A DNA stretch of 64,000 nucleotides from Squalus acanthias (lineage: Eukaryota). Shown piece by piece: positions 63,249 through 64,000 of the stretch (within the stretch, counting starts at the first letter, position 1; the number at the start of each line of letters is the position of its first letter). The translations under genes and the position numbers were made by a program. The DNA lies in assembly GCA_030390025.1 (NCBI GenBank), contig CM059432.1:103852001-103916000 (forward strand). Direction: 5' to 3'. The notes beneath the pieces were generated by a model. That model was not told the origin of the DNA. It made no database searches and saw nothing but the letters and a program-made list of their open reading frames with translations.

Positions 63249-64000
63249 GGTTTCAGTGAGATAACACTGCCTCCTGACAGTTCCAGTGGGTTTTAGTGAG
63301 ATACCACTGCCTCCTGACAGTTCCAGGTGGGTTTTAGTGAGATACCACTGCCACCAGACAGTTCCAGCTGGGTTTTAGTGAGATATCACTGCCTCCTGAC
63401 AGTTCCAGGTGGGTTTTAGTGAGATATCACTGCCTCCTGACAGTTCCAGGTGGGTTTTAGTGAGATACCACTGCCTCCTGACAGTTCCAGCTGGGTTTTA
63501 GCGAGATACCACTGCCTCCTGACAGTTCCAGGTGGGTTTTAGTGAGATACCACCGTTCCCAGACAGTTCCAGGTGGGTTTTAGTGAGATATCACTGCCTC
63601 CTGACAGTTCCAGGTGGGTTTTAGTGAGATACCACCGTTCCCAGACAGTTCCAGGTGGGTTTTAGTGAGATACCACTGCCTCCTGACAGTTCCAGGTGGG
63701 TTTTAGTGAGATACCACTGTTCCCAGACAGTTCCAGGTGGGTTTTAGTGAGATACCATTGCCACCAGACAGTTCCAGCTGGGTTTTAGTGAGATATCACT
63801 GCCTCCTGACAGTTCCAGGTGGGTTTTAGTGAGATATCACTGCCTCCTGACAGTTCCAGGTGGGTTTTAGTGAGATACCACTGCCTCCTGACAGTTCCAG
63901 CTGGGTTTTAGTGAGATATCACTGCCTCCTGACAGTTCCAGGTGGGTTTTAGTGAGATACCACCATTCCCAGACAGTTCCAGGTGGGTTTTACTGAGATA
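63249..64000. repeat. 41-bp minisatellite, >=18 units, continues past the window end
   Basis: Unit GGGTTTTAGTGAGATACCACTGCCTCCTGACAGTTCCAGGT repeated head-to-tail with a few recurrent variants. Confidence 0.97.

Noticed and set aside
63249..64000. CRISPR array
   Set aside because: Units are contiguous near-identical 41-mers with no unique spacers, there are no cas genes, and the context is eukaryotic.

Overview
Eukaryotic, repeat-rich non-coding DNA, most likely intronic or intergenic sequence of a cartilaginous fish (inferred from HE1/V-SINE-like and Deu-domain SacSINE1-like SINEs and abundant CR1 LINEs with 7-8 nt tail repeats). I could not support any host protein-coding gene: every long ORF with a recognisable product is transposon-derived. 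Contents: a decayed Gypsy LTR element (8.1-11.1 kb); many CR1, L2 and RTE fragments; a near-complete two-gene PIF/Harbinger transposon (55.6-59.7 kb) plus many Harbinger-type MITEs and Myb/SANT remnants; a hAT-type MITE; and a 41-bp minisatellite with higher-order structure running off the right end. The most notable items are (i) small ORF-less Penelope-type inverted-repeat insertions carrying minimal hammerhead ribozyme motifs on both strands, with covarying stems and flanking direct repeats (44.1-44.9 kb, 55.0-55.3 kb); (ii) a four-level transposon nest at 32.8-40.1 kb; and (iii) two locally templated inverted duplications (40.4 kb, 51.2 kb). Family names come from motif recognition, not database searches, and boundaries of old elements are approximate.
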